DNA from: an uncultured Oscillospiraceae bacterium
GTDB taxonomy: Bacteria > Bacillota > Clostridia > Oscillospirales > Ruminococcaceae
NCBI GenBank assembly: GCA_958448395.1
Contig: CAUDDP010000016.1
Span: forward strand, 9,741 to 33,740
Reading direction: 5' to 3'
DNA: 24,000 bases
Shown: piece by piece, positions 7,994-15,584 of the stretch
How positions within the stretch are numbered: position 1 is the first letter of the stretch
Layout: each line of letters begins with the position of its first letter
Notes under the pieces: model-generated
The model's database searches: none
Told to the model about the DNA's origin: nothing
What the model saw: the letters and a program-made list of their open reading frames with translations, nothing else
Position numbers and translations under genes: made by a program

Positions 7994-8974
7994 TTGAACT
8001 TTATGGCAGAACAGATACTTCAGATGCAAGATCCTGCACAGTGGCAGGCACTCTGCGGAAATTTTGATGAGAACATCCGAACGCTGGAACAACTCTATCA
8101 AGTTACCGTTGTTTGCCGTGGAGCAGAAATCAAAATCAACGGTGCAGAATCCGGAACTGCACAGGCAGCAGCAGCCTTGCGATCCTTATTGCATATACTG
8201 GAAACCGGACAGCCTGTTACCCAGCAGACAGTTCGTTATGTTGCATCCATGATCAGTGATGGAGAAGAACAAGAGCTGCAAGCACTGACAGATGGCGGCA
8301 TTTGCCTGACGGCAACCGGAAAGGTTGTGCGGACAAGAACCGTTGGACAAAAACGTTATGTGACTGCAATCCAAAAGCACACCATTGTATTTGGCATCGG
8401 ACCAGCCGGAACAGGAAAGACGTATCTTGCAGTTGCCATGGCGGTGAAAGCGTTCAAGCAGCATACGGTCAGTCGGATTATTTTGACACGTCCGGCAGTG
8501 GAAGCTGGGGAAAAGCTCGGTTTTCTGCCGGGGGATTTACAGAATAAAGTAGATCCGTATCTGCGTCCGCTTTACGATGCTCTGTTTGAAATGATGGGGG
8601 CAGAGGCATTTCAGCGAAATCTGGAACGAGGTTTGATTGAAGTAGCGCCGCTTGCTTATATGCGTGGCAGAACATTGGATCATGCGTTTATTATACTGGA
8701 TGAGGCACAGAATACCACCTCAGAACAGTTGAAAATGTTTCTGACTCGTTTAGGCGAAGAAAGCCGGATGGTCATTACGGGGGACATTACCCAGATTGAT
8801 TTGCCGGATAAACGAAAATGTGGATTATTGGAGGCAATGCAGGTACTGCGGAATGTAGATGACATTGCTATGCAGGAGTTTACCAACAAAGATGTAGTGC
8901 GGCACCGTTTGGTGCAGGATATTATCCGTGCCTATGAGAAATATTATCATCGGGATAGAAAGGTTGAGAAATGA
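7994..8974 (+). CDS. phoH: PhoH family ATPase
   Basis: Walker A GPAGTGKTYLAVAMAV, ILTRPAVEAGEKLGFLPG, and IILDEAQN followed by ITGDITQIDLP. The start is ambiguous: TTG at 7994 (5 nt after AGGAG) or ATG at 8003. Confidence 0.9.
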   Translation: MNFMAEQILQMQDPAQWQALCGNFDENIRTLEQLYQVTVVCRGAEIKINGAESGTAQAAAALRSLLHILETGQPVTQQTVRYVASMISDGEEQELQALTDGGICLTATGKVVRTRTVGQKRYVTAIQKHTIVFGIGPAGTGKTYLAVAMAVKAFKQHTVSRIILTRPAVEAGEKLGFLPGDLQNKVDPYLRPLYDALFEMMGAEAFQRNLERGLIEVAPLAYMRGRTLDHAFIILDEAQNTTSEQLKMFLTRLGEESRMVITGDITQIDLPDKRKCGLLEAMQVLRNVDDIAMQEFTNKDVVRHRLVQDIIRAYEKYYHRDRKVEK

Positions 8975-9471
8975 TGCGTGTAAAGGTTATGGTGAAAAAC
9001 AATCAGAAAGCAATTAAGGTGCCTGTCGGCATTCGGCTATTGATTCGCCGCTGTTGTCAGGCGGTTCTGGTGATGGAGAAGTTTCCCCATGATGCAGAAG
9101 TGAGCGTTTCGTTTGTCAGCAATGCCGAAATTCGAAACTTAAATAAAATTTACCGACAGAAAGATCGTGTGACAGACGTGCTGTCGTTTCCGCTTGGCTT
9201 AAACGGAAAATATGACATCAATAAGGAAACGGGATGTGCCCTGCTTGGGGATGTTGTGATTTCATTGGAAACCGCTATGCGGCAGGCAGAAGTATACGGG
9301 CATTCTCTGGAACGGGAAATCGGCTTTCTGACAGTACATTCCATGCTGCATCTTTTGGGGTATGACCATGAGACATCCCCATTGGAAGAACGGCAGATGC
9401 GAGAGAAGGAAGAAACCGTACTGGAAGAACTGGGGATTTCCAGAGATGCCACATTTATTTCAGAGGAGTAA
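8971..9471 (+). CDS. ybeY: rRNA maturation endoribonuclease YbeY
   Basis: Zinc-binding motif HSMLHLLGYDH. 166 aa. ATGA overlap with the phoH stop. Confidence 0.9.
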   Translation: MMRVKVMVKNNQKAIKVPVGIRLLIRRCCQAVLVMEKFPHDAEVSVSFVSNAEIRNLNKIYRQKDRVTDVLSFPLGLNGKYDINKETGCALLGDVVISLETAMRQAEVYGHSLEREIGFLTVHSMLHLLGYDHETSPLEERQMREKEETVLEELGISRDATFISEE

Positions 9472-9474
9472 CAC

Positions 9475-10374
9475 ATGACAAAAGCAGTATTTGTAACGAT
9501 TTCCGGCAGAACCAATGTGGGAAAGTCCTCATTGCTGAATGCCATTGTTGGCGAGAGAATTGCTTCTGTCAGCGACAAGCCACAAACAACCCGAACCAGA
9601 ATTACTGGCATTAAGACGGTTGGCGAGACACAGATGGTCTTTATGGACACGCCCGGTTTGCATAAACCGAAGAACAAACTGAGTAATTATATGCTGCAAG
9701 CGGCAAAGGATGCTGTGACAGATATGGATGTTGTTCTGTTTGTGGCAGACTGCACCCGTCAGCCGACAGAGCAGGAACTTGCTTTCTTGCAGCCGCTTCG
9801 ACAGTCCAAGACGACGGTAATGTTGGTGCTGAATAAAATTGATCTGTTGGAGGACAAGGCTGTTTTGATGCAGCGAATTGCGGCATGGAATGCCGTTTTT
9901 CCATTTTCTGAAATTCTCCCCATTAGTGTGACAGAACAGGATGGCGTTTCGCTGGTGGAAGAAGTGGTTTGTCGCTGTGCGGTGCCTTCTCCGCATTATT
10001 TTCCGGATGATAAAATTACAGATCAACCGGAACAGGTGCTGATTGCAGAGATGATTCGGGAGCAGGTTTTATGCCTGTTGCGAGATGAAGTGCCACATGG
10101 GGTTGCGGTATCTGTGGAACGGCTCGCAGAGCGGGATGATAGAGACTTACTGGATATTGATGCTGTGATTTACTGTGAACGGGATTCTCATAAGGGGATT
10201 CTGATCGGAAAAAAGGGTGTTATGCTGAAACAGATTGCCAGCCGAGCTAGAAAGCAGTTGGAACAGTTCTTTCAAATTCAGGTCAACTTGCAGTGTTGGG
10301 TTAAGGTGAAAGAGGACTGGCGAAATCGGGAGGGCTTGATTCGGAATTTCGGTTTGAGCGATAGCAGCAGGTAA
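9475..10374 (+). CDS. era: GTPase Era
   Basis: G1 GRTNVGKSSLLNA, G3 DTPG, G4 NKID and a C-terminal KH domain (KGILIGKKG). GAGGAG lies 6 nt upstream of the ATG. Confidence 0.95.
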   Translation: MTKAVFVTISGRTNVGKSSLLNAIVGERIASVSDKPQTTRTRITGIKTVGETQMVFMDTPGLHKPKNKLSNYMLQAAKDAVTDMDVVLFVADCTRQPTEQELAFLQPLRQSKTTVMLVLNKIDLLEDKAVLMQRIAAWNAVFPFSEILPISVTEQDGVSLVEEVVCRCAVPSPHYFPDDKITDQPEQVLIAEMIREQVLCLLRDEVPHGVAVSVERLAERDDRDLLDIDAVIYCERDSHKGILIGKKGVMLKQIASRARKQLEQFFQIQVNLQCWVKVKEDWRNREGLIRNFGLSDSSR

Positions 10375-10447
10375 TGGCACAGACAGCACAAATTCCCACC
10401 TATAAAAATCACTGTTTCCTGTTATACTATATCTGAGGTGAAAGGAT

Positions 10448-10630
10448 ATGCAAAAGGATCTTTGGAATTATTTTTGTCAGACAGGAAAAGTGGAAGATTA
10501 TCTGGCATTTAAACATGCTGCTGCAACTACAGCAGAAACAAAAAAGAGGAAGCAAATCGACCATGCTCATCACGAAACGATGTCTGATTCTACAGGAACG
10601 GCAGGCAGGGGATGCCGGTCGTTTTCTTGA
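10448..10630 (+). CDS. yqzL: YqzL-family small protein (60 aa)
   Basis: The N-terminus MQKDLWNYFCQTGKVEDYLAFKH resembles the YqzL signature (W..F..TG.ie.YL..K, from memory). It sits between era and recO as in Bacillus. GAGGTG is 7 nt upstream. The 3' 68 nt overlap recO in another frame. Confidence 0.55.
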   Translation: MQKDLWNYFCQTGKVEDYLAFKHAAATTAETKKRKQIDHAHHETMSDSTGTAGRGCRSFS

Positions 10631-11330
10631 TATTTTGACAAAAACACAGGGCGTTATGGAGGTGTTTGTACGGGGAGCAAAAAAGGCAAACAGTAAAAAT
10701 CTCTCAGCCACACAGCCATTTGCCTATGCGAAGCTCTGCCTTTCTGAGAAAAACGGTAAGTATTATGTAGAAAGTGCAGAGCCGATTTATTTGTTTTATA
10801 CCCTGCGAGAGAGCTTGACACAGCTTGCACTGGCAGCCTATTTTTTTGATTTGATTCGATATGCAGTGCCGCAGGGGCAGCAGCAGAATTTTATCCTGCG
10901 GCTGACACTGAATACATTATATTATCTCACCACTGGAAAACGGAGTGAGGCGTTTTTAAAGAGTCTGTTTGAATTGCGGTTCCTTTCGGAACTGGGAATG
11001 ATGCCAGATGTTTTGGTTTGTCCGGTTTGTATGGATTATCTGCCGCAATCCTTGTTTTATTCAGCAAGAACGGGGCATTTTTATTGTGCAGACTGCTATC
11101 AGCTTACTGAAGAGGATTACGCAGTGAAGATGCCGTTGGGCGGTTTGCAGGCGGTACGGCATATTGTACTAACCGCTCCAGATCGGCTGTTTCAGTTTCG
11201 ATTGAATGATGCCACGCAGCAAGCGGTGAATCGGTTTTCCGAGCTATTTGTGCGGTATCAGCTGGATTATCAGCCACAGACGCTGCAATTTTATAAGCGA
11301 TTACAAAATGACAATGCGACAGGCGTTTGA
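10563..11330 (+). CDS. recO: DNA repair protein RecO
   Basis: The N-terminus from the ATG at 10563 (MLITKRCLILQERQAGDAGRFLDILTKTQGVMEVFVRGAKKANSK..LSATQPF) aligns by eye with B. subtilis RecO. There is a CPVC...CADC zinc motif. The track start at 10515 adds 16 non-homologous residues. Confidence 0.85.
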   Translation: MLITKRCLILQERQAGDAGRFLDILTKTQGVMEVFVRGAKKANSKNLSATQPFAYAKLCLSEKNGKYYVESAEPIYLFYTLRESLTQLALAAYFFDLIRYAVPQGQQQNFILRLTLNTLYYLTTGKRSEAFLKSLFELRFLSELGMMPDVLVCPVCMDYLPQSLFYSARTGHFYCADCYQLTEEDYAVKMPLGGLQAVRHIVLTAPDRLFQFRLNDATQQAVNRFSELFVRYQLDYQPQTLQFYKRLQNDNATGV

Positions 11331-11422
11331 TTACAAGGTTTTTTCTGATTTACAGTTAATATCAATATAATAATTTAAGATTAACTTTAGAAAGAAAAAC
11401 TTATATTATATAAGGAGGCAAT

Positions 11423-13801
11423 ATGAATCCAAACGAACATACTTTGGAATTAGATAAAATATTGGAGCTGCTTGCACACGAAGCAGCTAACGATTTGACA
11501 AGAGAACAGGCACGGCATTTACAACCGCAAACAGATCTGGCAGTGGTACAGGCGGAATTGGAAAAAACCGACTCTGCACTGGCACTTGCTGTGCAGTTCG
11601 GGACACCGCCGTTCTATGCCTTTCAAGATATGTGTACCGCTTTGCAGCGTGCAAAAGCCGGTGCGAAACTCTCCCTGAAGGATTTGCTGGAAATTGCCCG
11701 TGTTCTGCGACAGGTACAGGCACTGAGTGACTGGTATGATCACTGTTCCGGTGTGGAAACACCACTGGAGGATTTGTTCAGCCGGCTTGCCCCTGTGCCG
11801 TTTCTGCTGGAAAAGCTGGAACGCTGTATCTTGTCGGAAGAAGAATTAGCGGATGCTGCCAGCCCAGCCTTGGCGGATATTCGGCGAAAATTGCTGCGTT
11901 CAGGGCAGCGGTTGAGAGAGACACTGGATAAGATGGTACGCAATCAGGATGTGCAGAAATGTTTGCAGGATGCCAGAGTGACCATTCGGGATGGACGGTT
12001 TGTCTTGCCGGTTAAGGCAGAACATCGGGGACAGATTCAGGGCTTGATTCATGATACATCTGCATCGGGGCAGACACTCTTTATTGAACCGCTGGCAGTG
12101 GTAGAGGCAAACAATGATATGCGGCTGCTGGAAAGTTTGGAGCAGGAGGAGATTGACCGTATTATCACAGAGCTTTGTGCAGACTGTGGGATATGGGCAG
12201 ATGCCATTATTGCGGATCATGCTGTTTGTGCAGAGCTGAACCTCTATTTTGCTAAGGCAAACTTGGCAGCAAAGATGCACGCATTTCGTCCAATTGTAAC
12301 CGATGATGGTGTATTGGACTTGAAGAATGCCAGACATCCGCTGATTCCGGCAGAGAAAGTTGTGCCGATTTCGTTCTCATTGGGAAGAGAGCAGCAAACA
12401 TTGATTATTACTGGTCCGAATACCGGTGGTAAAACCGTTGCCTTGAAAACAGCTGGTTTGCTGACGTTAATGACCATGTGCGGCTTGCTGATTCCAGCCG
12501 CAGAGGGCAGTCAGATTTCCGTATTTGAAACGGTATTTGCCAATATTGGCGATACACAGAGCATTGAACAAAATCTTTCTACATTTTCTGCTCATATGAA
12601 GCAGGTGATTGAGATTTTAGAGCAGGCAGATGACCGTTCTCTGGTTTTGCTGGATGAATTGGGTTCGGGTACCGATCCGGTTGAAGGGGCAGCATTGGCA
12701 GTTGCAATTATCGAACAGCTGCATCGCAACGGGGCAAAAATGATGGTGACAACACATTATCAGGAATTGAAACTCTATGCAACAGAACAGCCGGAGGTAG
12801 AGAATGCCTCCTGTGAATTTGATATTGTCAACTTGAAGCCGACTTATCGGTTGATTTTAGGTTCACCGGGAAAATCCAATGCCTTTGCTATTACAGAAGG
12901 ATTGGGTATGAATCCGGCGATTATTCATCATGCACAATCATTGGTGAGTGAAGAAAATGTAAGATTTGAACGGGCAGTGGAAAAATTGGAACAAACTCGG
13001 CAGACACTGGAGGAACAGCTGAAATCCATTCAAGAAGAGAAACGACAGGCAGAGGAAGCCGCTGTACAAGCGAAACAGGAACTGGCAGAGATTCGGGCAC
13101 AACGGGCAGAAAAAATGGAGCAGGCACGCTTACAGGCAATGCAGATTGTCGAGCAGACCCGTGCAGAATCTAATGCTTTGTTAGAGGAGTTGGAAAAGCT
13201 GCGGAAGGAAAAGGAACGTGCTTCGTTTGCAGATGATGTGATTTCAGTAAAATCTCACAGCAAGCGGCGATTCCGGCATATGTACGAAACGGCAAATCCA
13301 CTGGAAGAGCAGGAATCTGAACAGTACAGTCTGCCGAGAGCACTGAAAATTGGCGATACGGTTATGATAGCAGATACCAAGCAAAAGGGAACAGTTGTCA
13401 GTTTGCCGGATGGCAGCAATCGGCTGTTTGTACAGATTGGTGCCATGAAGACGAAAATGCAGTTGGAACGTCTACGGTTAATTTCCAATCAGTCAACAAA
13501 ACAGCAGAAAAAAACAACTCCAAAAACCGGACGGGTTTCTGCAAAAACAGAACGAAGCGGTTCGATGGAATTGGATATTCGGGGCTGTACCTGTGATGAT
13601 GGGGTCTATCAGATGGATGCTTTCTTAGACCGTGCCGTTTTGTCGCATGTTTCGACTGTCACGATTATTCACGGAAAGGGAACAGGGCAGCTGCGGCAGG
13701 CAGTGCATCAGCGGTTGAAGCAGTTGAAATATGTGAAAAGTTATCGGCTCGGCGTGTTTGGCGAAGGGGAAGACGGCGTGACGATTGTATCATTGGCATA
13801 G
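11423..13801 (+). CDS. mutS2: Endonuclease MutS2 (MutS domain plus C-terminal Smr)
   Basis: 792 aa with Walker A GPNTGGKTV, LLDELGSGTDP, a long coiled-coil and a C-terminal Smr domain (LDIRG...IIHGKGTGQLRQAV). AAGGAGG lies upstream. Confidence 0.95.
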   Translation: MNPNEHTLELDKILELLAHEAANDLTREQARHLQPQTDLAVVQAELEKTDSALALAVQFGTPPFYAFQDMCTALQRAKAGAKLSLKDLLEIARVLRQVQALSDWYDHCSGVETPLEDLFSRLAPVPFLLEKLERCILSEEELADAASPALADIRRKLLRSGQRLRETLDKMVRNQDVQKCLQDARVTIRDGRFVLPVKAEHRGQIQGLIHDTSASGQTLFIEPLAVVEANNDMRLLESLEQEEIDRIITELCADCGIWADAIIADHAVCAELNLYFAKANLAAKMHAFRPIVTDDGVLDLKNARHPLIPAEKVVPISFSLGREQQTLIITGPNTGGKTVALKTAGLLTLMTMCGLLIPAAEGSQISVFETVFANIGDTQSIEQNLSTFSAHMKQVIEILEQADDRSLVLLDELGSGTDPVEGAALAVAIIEQLHRNGAKMMVTTHYQELKLYATEQPEVENASCEFDIVNLKPTYRLILGSPGKSNAFAITEGLGMNPAIIHHAQSLVSEENVRFERAVEKLEQTRQTLEEQLKSIQEEKRQAEEAAVQAKQELAEIRAQRAEKMEQARLQAMQIVEQTRAESNALLEELEKLRKEKERASFADDVISVKSHSKRRFRHMYETANPLEEQESEQYSLPRALKIGDTVMIADTKQKGTVVSLPDGSNRLFVQIGAMKTKMQLERLRLISNQSTKQQKKTTPKTGRVSAKTERSGSMELDIRGCTCDDGVYQMDAFLDRAVLSHVSTVTIIHGKGTGQLRQAVHQRLKQLKYVKSYRLGVFGEGEDGVTIVSLA

Positions 13802-13834
13802 GAAATTTGATTGGAAGGGAACAGGTGCGTTATT

Positions 13835-14452
13835 ATGACAGAAACCGAAAAAATGTTAGCGGGTAAAATTTATGATCCATCAGAGACGTCGCTTGCTGCA
13901 CGGCGGACACTGGCACATAAGCTTTCCAAGCAGTATAATGATACACTGGAAGAGGAAGCAGAAAAAAGAACAGCCATTTTGAACAAGCTGATTCCTGGTA
14001 TGGGCAAAGATACCTACCTGCAAGGGCCGATTCAGTTTGATTATGGCATTTATACAACGTTTGGTGAACGGTGTTACGCAAATTTTAATCTCGTTGTATT
14101 GGACACCTGTCCAGTTACCATTGGAAACAACGTCTTTTTTGGCCCGAATTGTACCCTTGCAACGCCACTGCATCCATACTTGCCAAAGGAACGCAACATG
14201 CGGCAGAAAGCAGACGGTTCGCTGTACGATTTGGAGTACGGTGCACCGATTTGCATTGAAGATGATTGTTGGCTGGCATCCAATGTAACCGTTTGCGGCG
14301 GTGTGACCATTGGAAAAGGTTGCGTGATAGGTGCTGGCAGTGTGGTGACCAGAGATATTCCGGCTGGTTCCCTGGCAGCTGGGAATCCCTGTCGGGTGAT
14401 TCGACCAATTACCGAACAAGACTCCATTTATTTGAAGAAGCCATTATTTTAA
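13835..14452 (+). CDS. maa: Sugar O-acetyltransferase (maltose/galactoside acetyltransferase family, left-handed beta-helix)
   Basis: The N-terminal Mac domain (EKMLAGKIYDP) and hexapeptide repeats (IGNNVFFGPNC..., IEDDCWLASNVTVCGGVTIGKGCVIGAGSVV) match the family. The ATG at 13835 has AGGTG 7 nt upstream. Confidence 0.85.
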   Translation: MTETEKMLAGKIYDPSETSLAARRTLAHKLSKQYNDTLEEEAEKRTAILNKLIPGMGKDTYLQGPIQFDYGIYTTFGERCYANFNLVVLDTCPVTIGNNVFFGPNCTLATPLHPYLPKERNMRQKADGSLYDLEYGAPICIEDDCWLASNVTVCGGVTIGKGCVIGAGSVVTRDIPAGSLAAGNPCRVIRPITEQDSIYLKKPLF

Positions 14453-14480
14453 CTGTTTCTATCAGAAAGGATTGTTTAAG

Positions 14481-15377
14481 ATGAAACCATTTCCTAAAAC
14501 TTATAAACAAAGTAAACTGGAAACACGATATCAAGCTCTGGAAGTGCCGGAAGAACAGATTGCCATGTTGCAACAGTATTTTCAGGCAATGGCGAATTTT
14601 TATCGCATGATGCCGCTTAAGAAAGCCTATGAAATCATTTCCGAGCAGAATCCAGATTGGATTTCCAAGGAGACTTTTCTTGCAGTGACAGATGTCATTC
14701 GCCATAGCCAGCAGGATTACATGATTTTGAAATTGGATGAATTGTTTGATGATGTGGACAAACAGGATCGTACACTGGAAGATGGCATGTTGCTGCATGA
14801 ATGTATGCTGGTGGACATGGAAGACTGCTATGATTTTATAGAGCTGGTAGAGGGAAAGCCTTATTCTATACCGCCAAAAGAAACCTTGTTGCAGTATGCA
14901 GATGCGGATTATTATGAAGAAACACCGCAGATTGCAGCATTGCGAGAGGTATTTCTGGATATGGGCATGACAAAACAGAAAAGCGAAGAAATCCTGCTGG
15001 AATGTCTGTTGTTTATTATGGATGAAAGCAGTACATTGATGGATGTATTACATGATTTACGGCGAATGCAGCTGCGATTTAATGACCGAACGATTCGCAG
15101 TTTTGTGCGGCGGTATCGGGATTTACACAATCATTATCCGATGCCCGGCAATCGTGGTTGTAAACCGGTTGATTTGCTGGAAGTATTTCCAGATATGCCG
15201 AATGAAGTGCTGTTCTGGACAGAAGATGTGTATAAAACAGAAGGGATCAAGGAACAGATGCAGGAAATGGTGGATGCGGCAGAGCAGATGCCAAGAAAAA
15301 CAATGGCAGCATTTATGCAGCAGGAAATCGGACGGCAAGAACTGATGAAACGGATGGGAATAGAAAGATTTAAGTAA
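14481..15377 (+). CDS. Hypothetical acidic cytoplasmic protein (298 aa), no recognised domain
   Basis: Long ORF with composition like the surrounding genes. AAAGGA is 9 nt upstream of the ATG at 14481, and a terminator follows. I could find no TM segments and no recognisable motifs. Confidence 0.7.
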   Translation: MKPFPKTYKQSKLETRYQALEVPEEQIAMLQQYFQAMANFYRMMPLKKAYEIISEQNPDWISKETFLAVTDVIRHSQQDYMILKLDELFDDVDKQDRTLEDGMLLHECMLVDMEDCYDFIELVEGKPYSIPPKETLLQYADADYYEETPQIAALREVFLDMGMTKQKSEEILLECLLFIMDESSTLMDVLHDLRRMQLRFNDRTIRSFVRRYRDLHNHYPMPGNRGCKPVDLLEVFPDMPNEVLFWTEDVYKTEGIKEQMQEMVDAAEQMPRKTMAAFMQQEIGRQELMKRMGIERFK

Positions 15378-15431
15378 CCGCAAACATAAATTTACAGAAA
15401 TAAGCAGTCAATGCTGCCGGAATCCATACAT

Positions 15432-15478
15432 ATTGCAAGTGCAAATGGCAAAAAACAATCCGCACTTGCAATTTTTTT
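15432..15478 (+). terminator. Rho-independent terminator after the hypothetical gene
   Basis: 11-bp perfect stem ATTGCAAGTGC (15432-15442) / GCACTTGCAAT (15462-15472) with a 19-nt loop, followed by T7 (15472-15478). Confidence 0.55.
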
Positions 15479-15494
15479 GGAATCGGTGTATAAT
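15466..15494 (+). promoter_or_regulatory. Sigma-A-type promoter TTGCAA-17 nt-TATAAT for the topoisomerase B gene
   Basis: The -35 TTGCAA (15466-15471) lies inside the 3' arm of the upstream terminator. The -10 TATAAT is at 15489-15494 with a 17 nt spacer. Confidence 0.55.
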
Positions 15495-15527
15495 AAACTA
15501 CATTGCAAAAACAAAAGGAAAAAACGG

Positions 15528-15558
15528 CGTTGCACGAAATGCAATGTGGTTGTTTTTT
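15528..15558 (+). promoter_or_regulatory. Leader hairpin with a T-rich tail (possible attenuator) in the topoisomerase B 5' UTR
   Basis: CGTTGCA (15528-15534) pairs with TGCAATG (15540-15546) as a 7-bp stem with one G-U and a CGAAA loop, followed by TGGTTGTTTTTT. An alternative upstream partner CATTGCA is at 15501-15507. Confidence 0.35.
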
Positions 15559-15584
15559 CTATAAATATAGATAAGGATGAAAGT

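Noticed and set aside
7736-8101. ORFs of 121 aa (-) and 74 aa (+, 7843-8067) in the glgA/phoH intergenic region.
   Set aside because: They have no RBS, lie in AT-rich low-complexity sequence and overlap the mapped promoters and the phoH start.
10515-10562. Upstream start for recO (track start 10515).
   Set aside because: The alignment by eye with B. subtilis RecO begins at the ATG at 10563. The extra 16 residues (MLLQLQQKQKRGSKST) have no counterpart.
11348-11408. Promoter-like hexamers upstream of mutS2 (TTTACA...TATAAT and TTAACT-17-TATTAT).
   Set aside because: The first pair has an 11-nt spacer. The second would place the TSS on top of the RBS. mutS2 may instead be transcribed from upstream.
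15411-15584. 58-codon N-terminal extension of the topoisomerase B ORF, as in the track.
   Set aside because: The extension spans the upstream terminator, the promoter and the leader hairpin. Homology begins at MAKKEVYDNESI (ATG at 15585), which has its own RBS.
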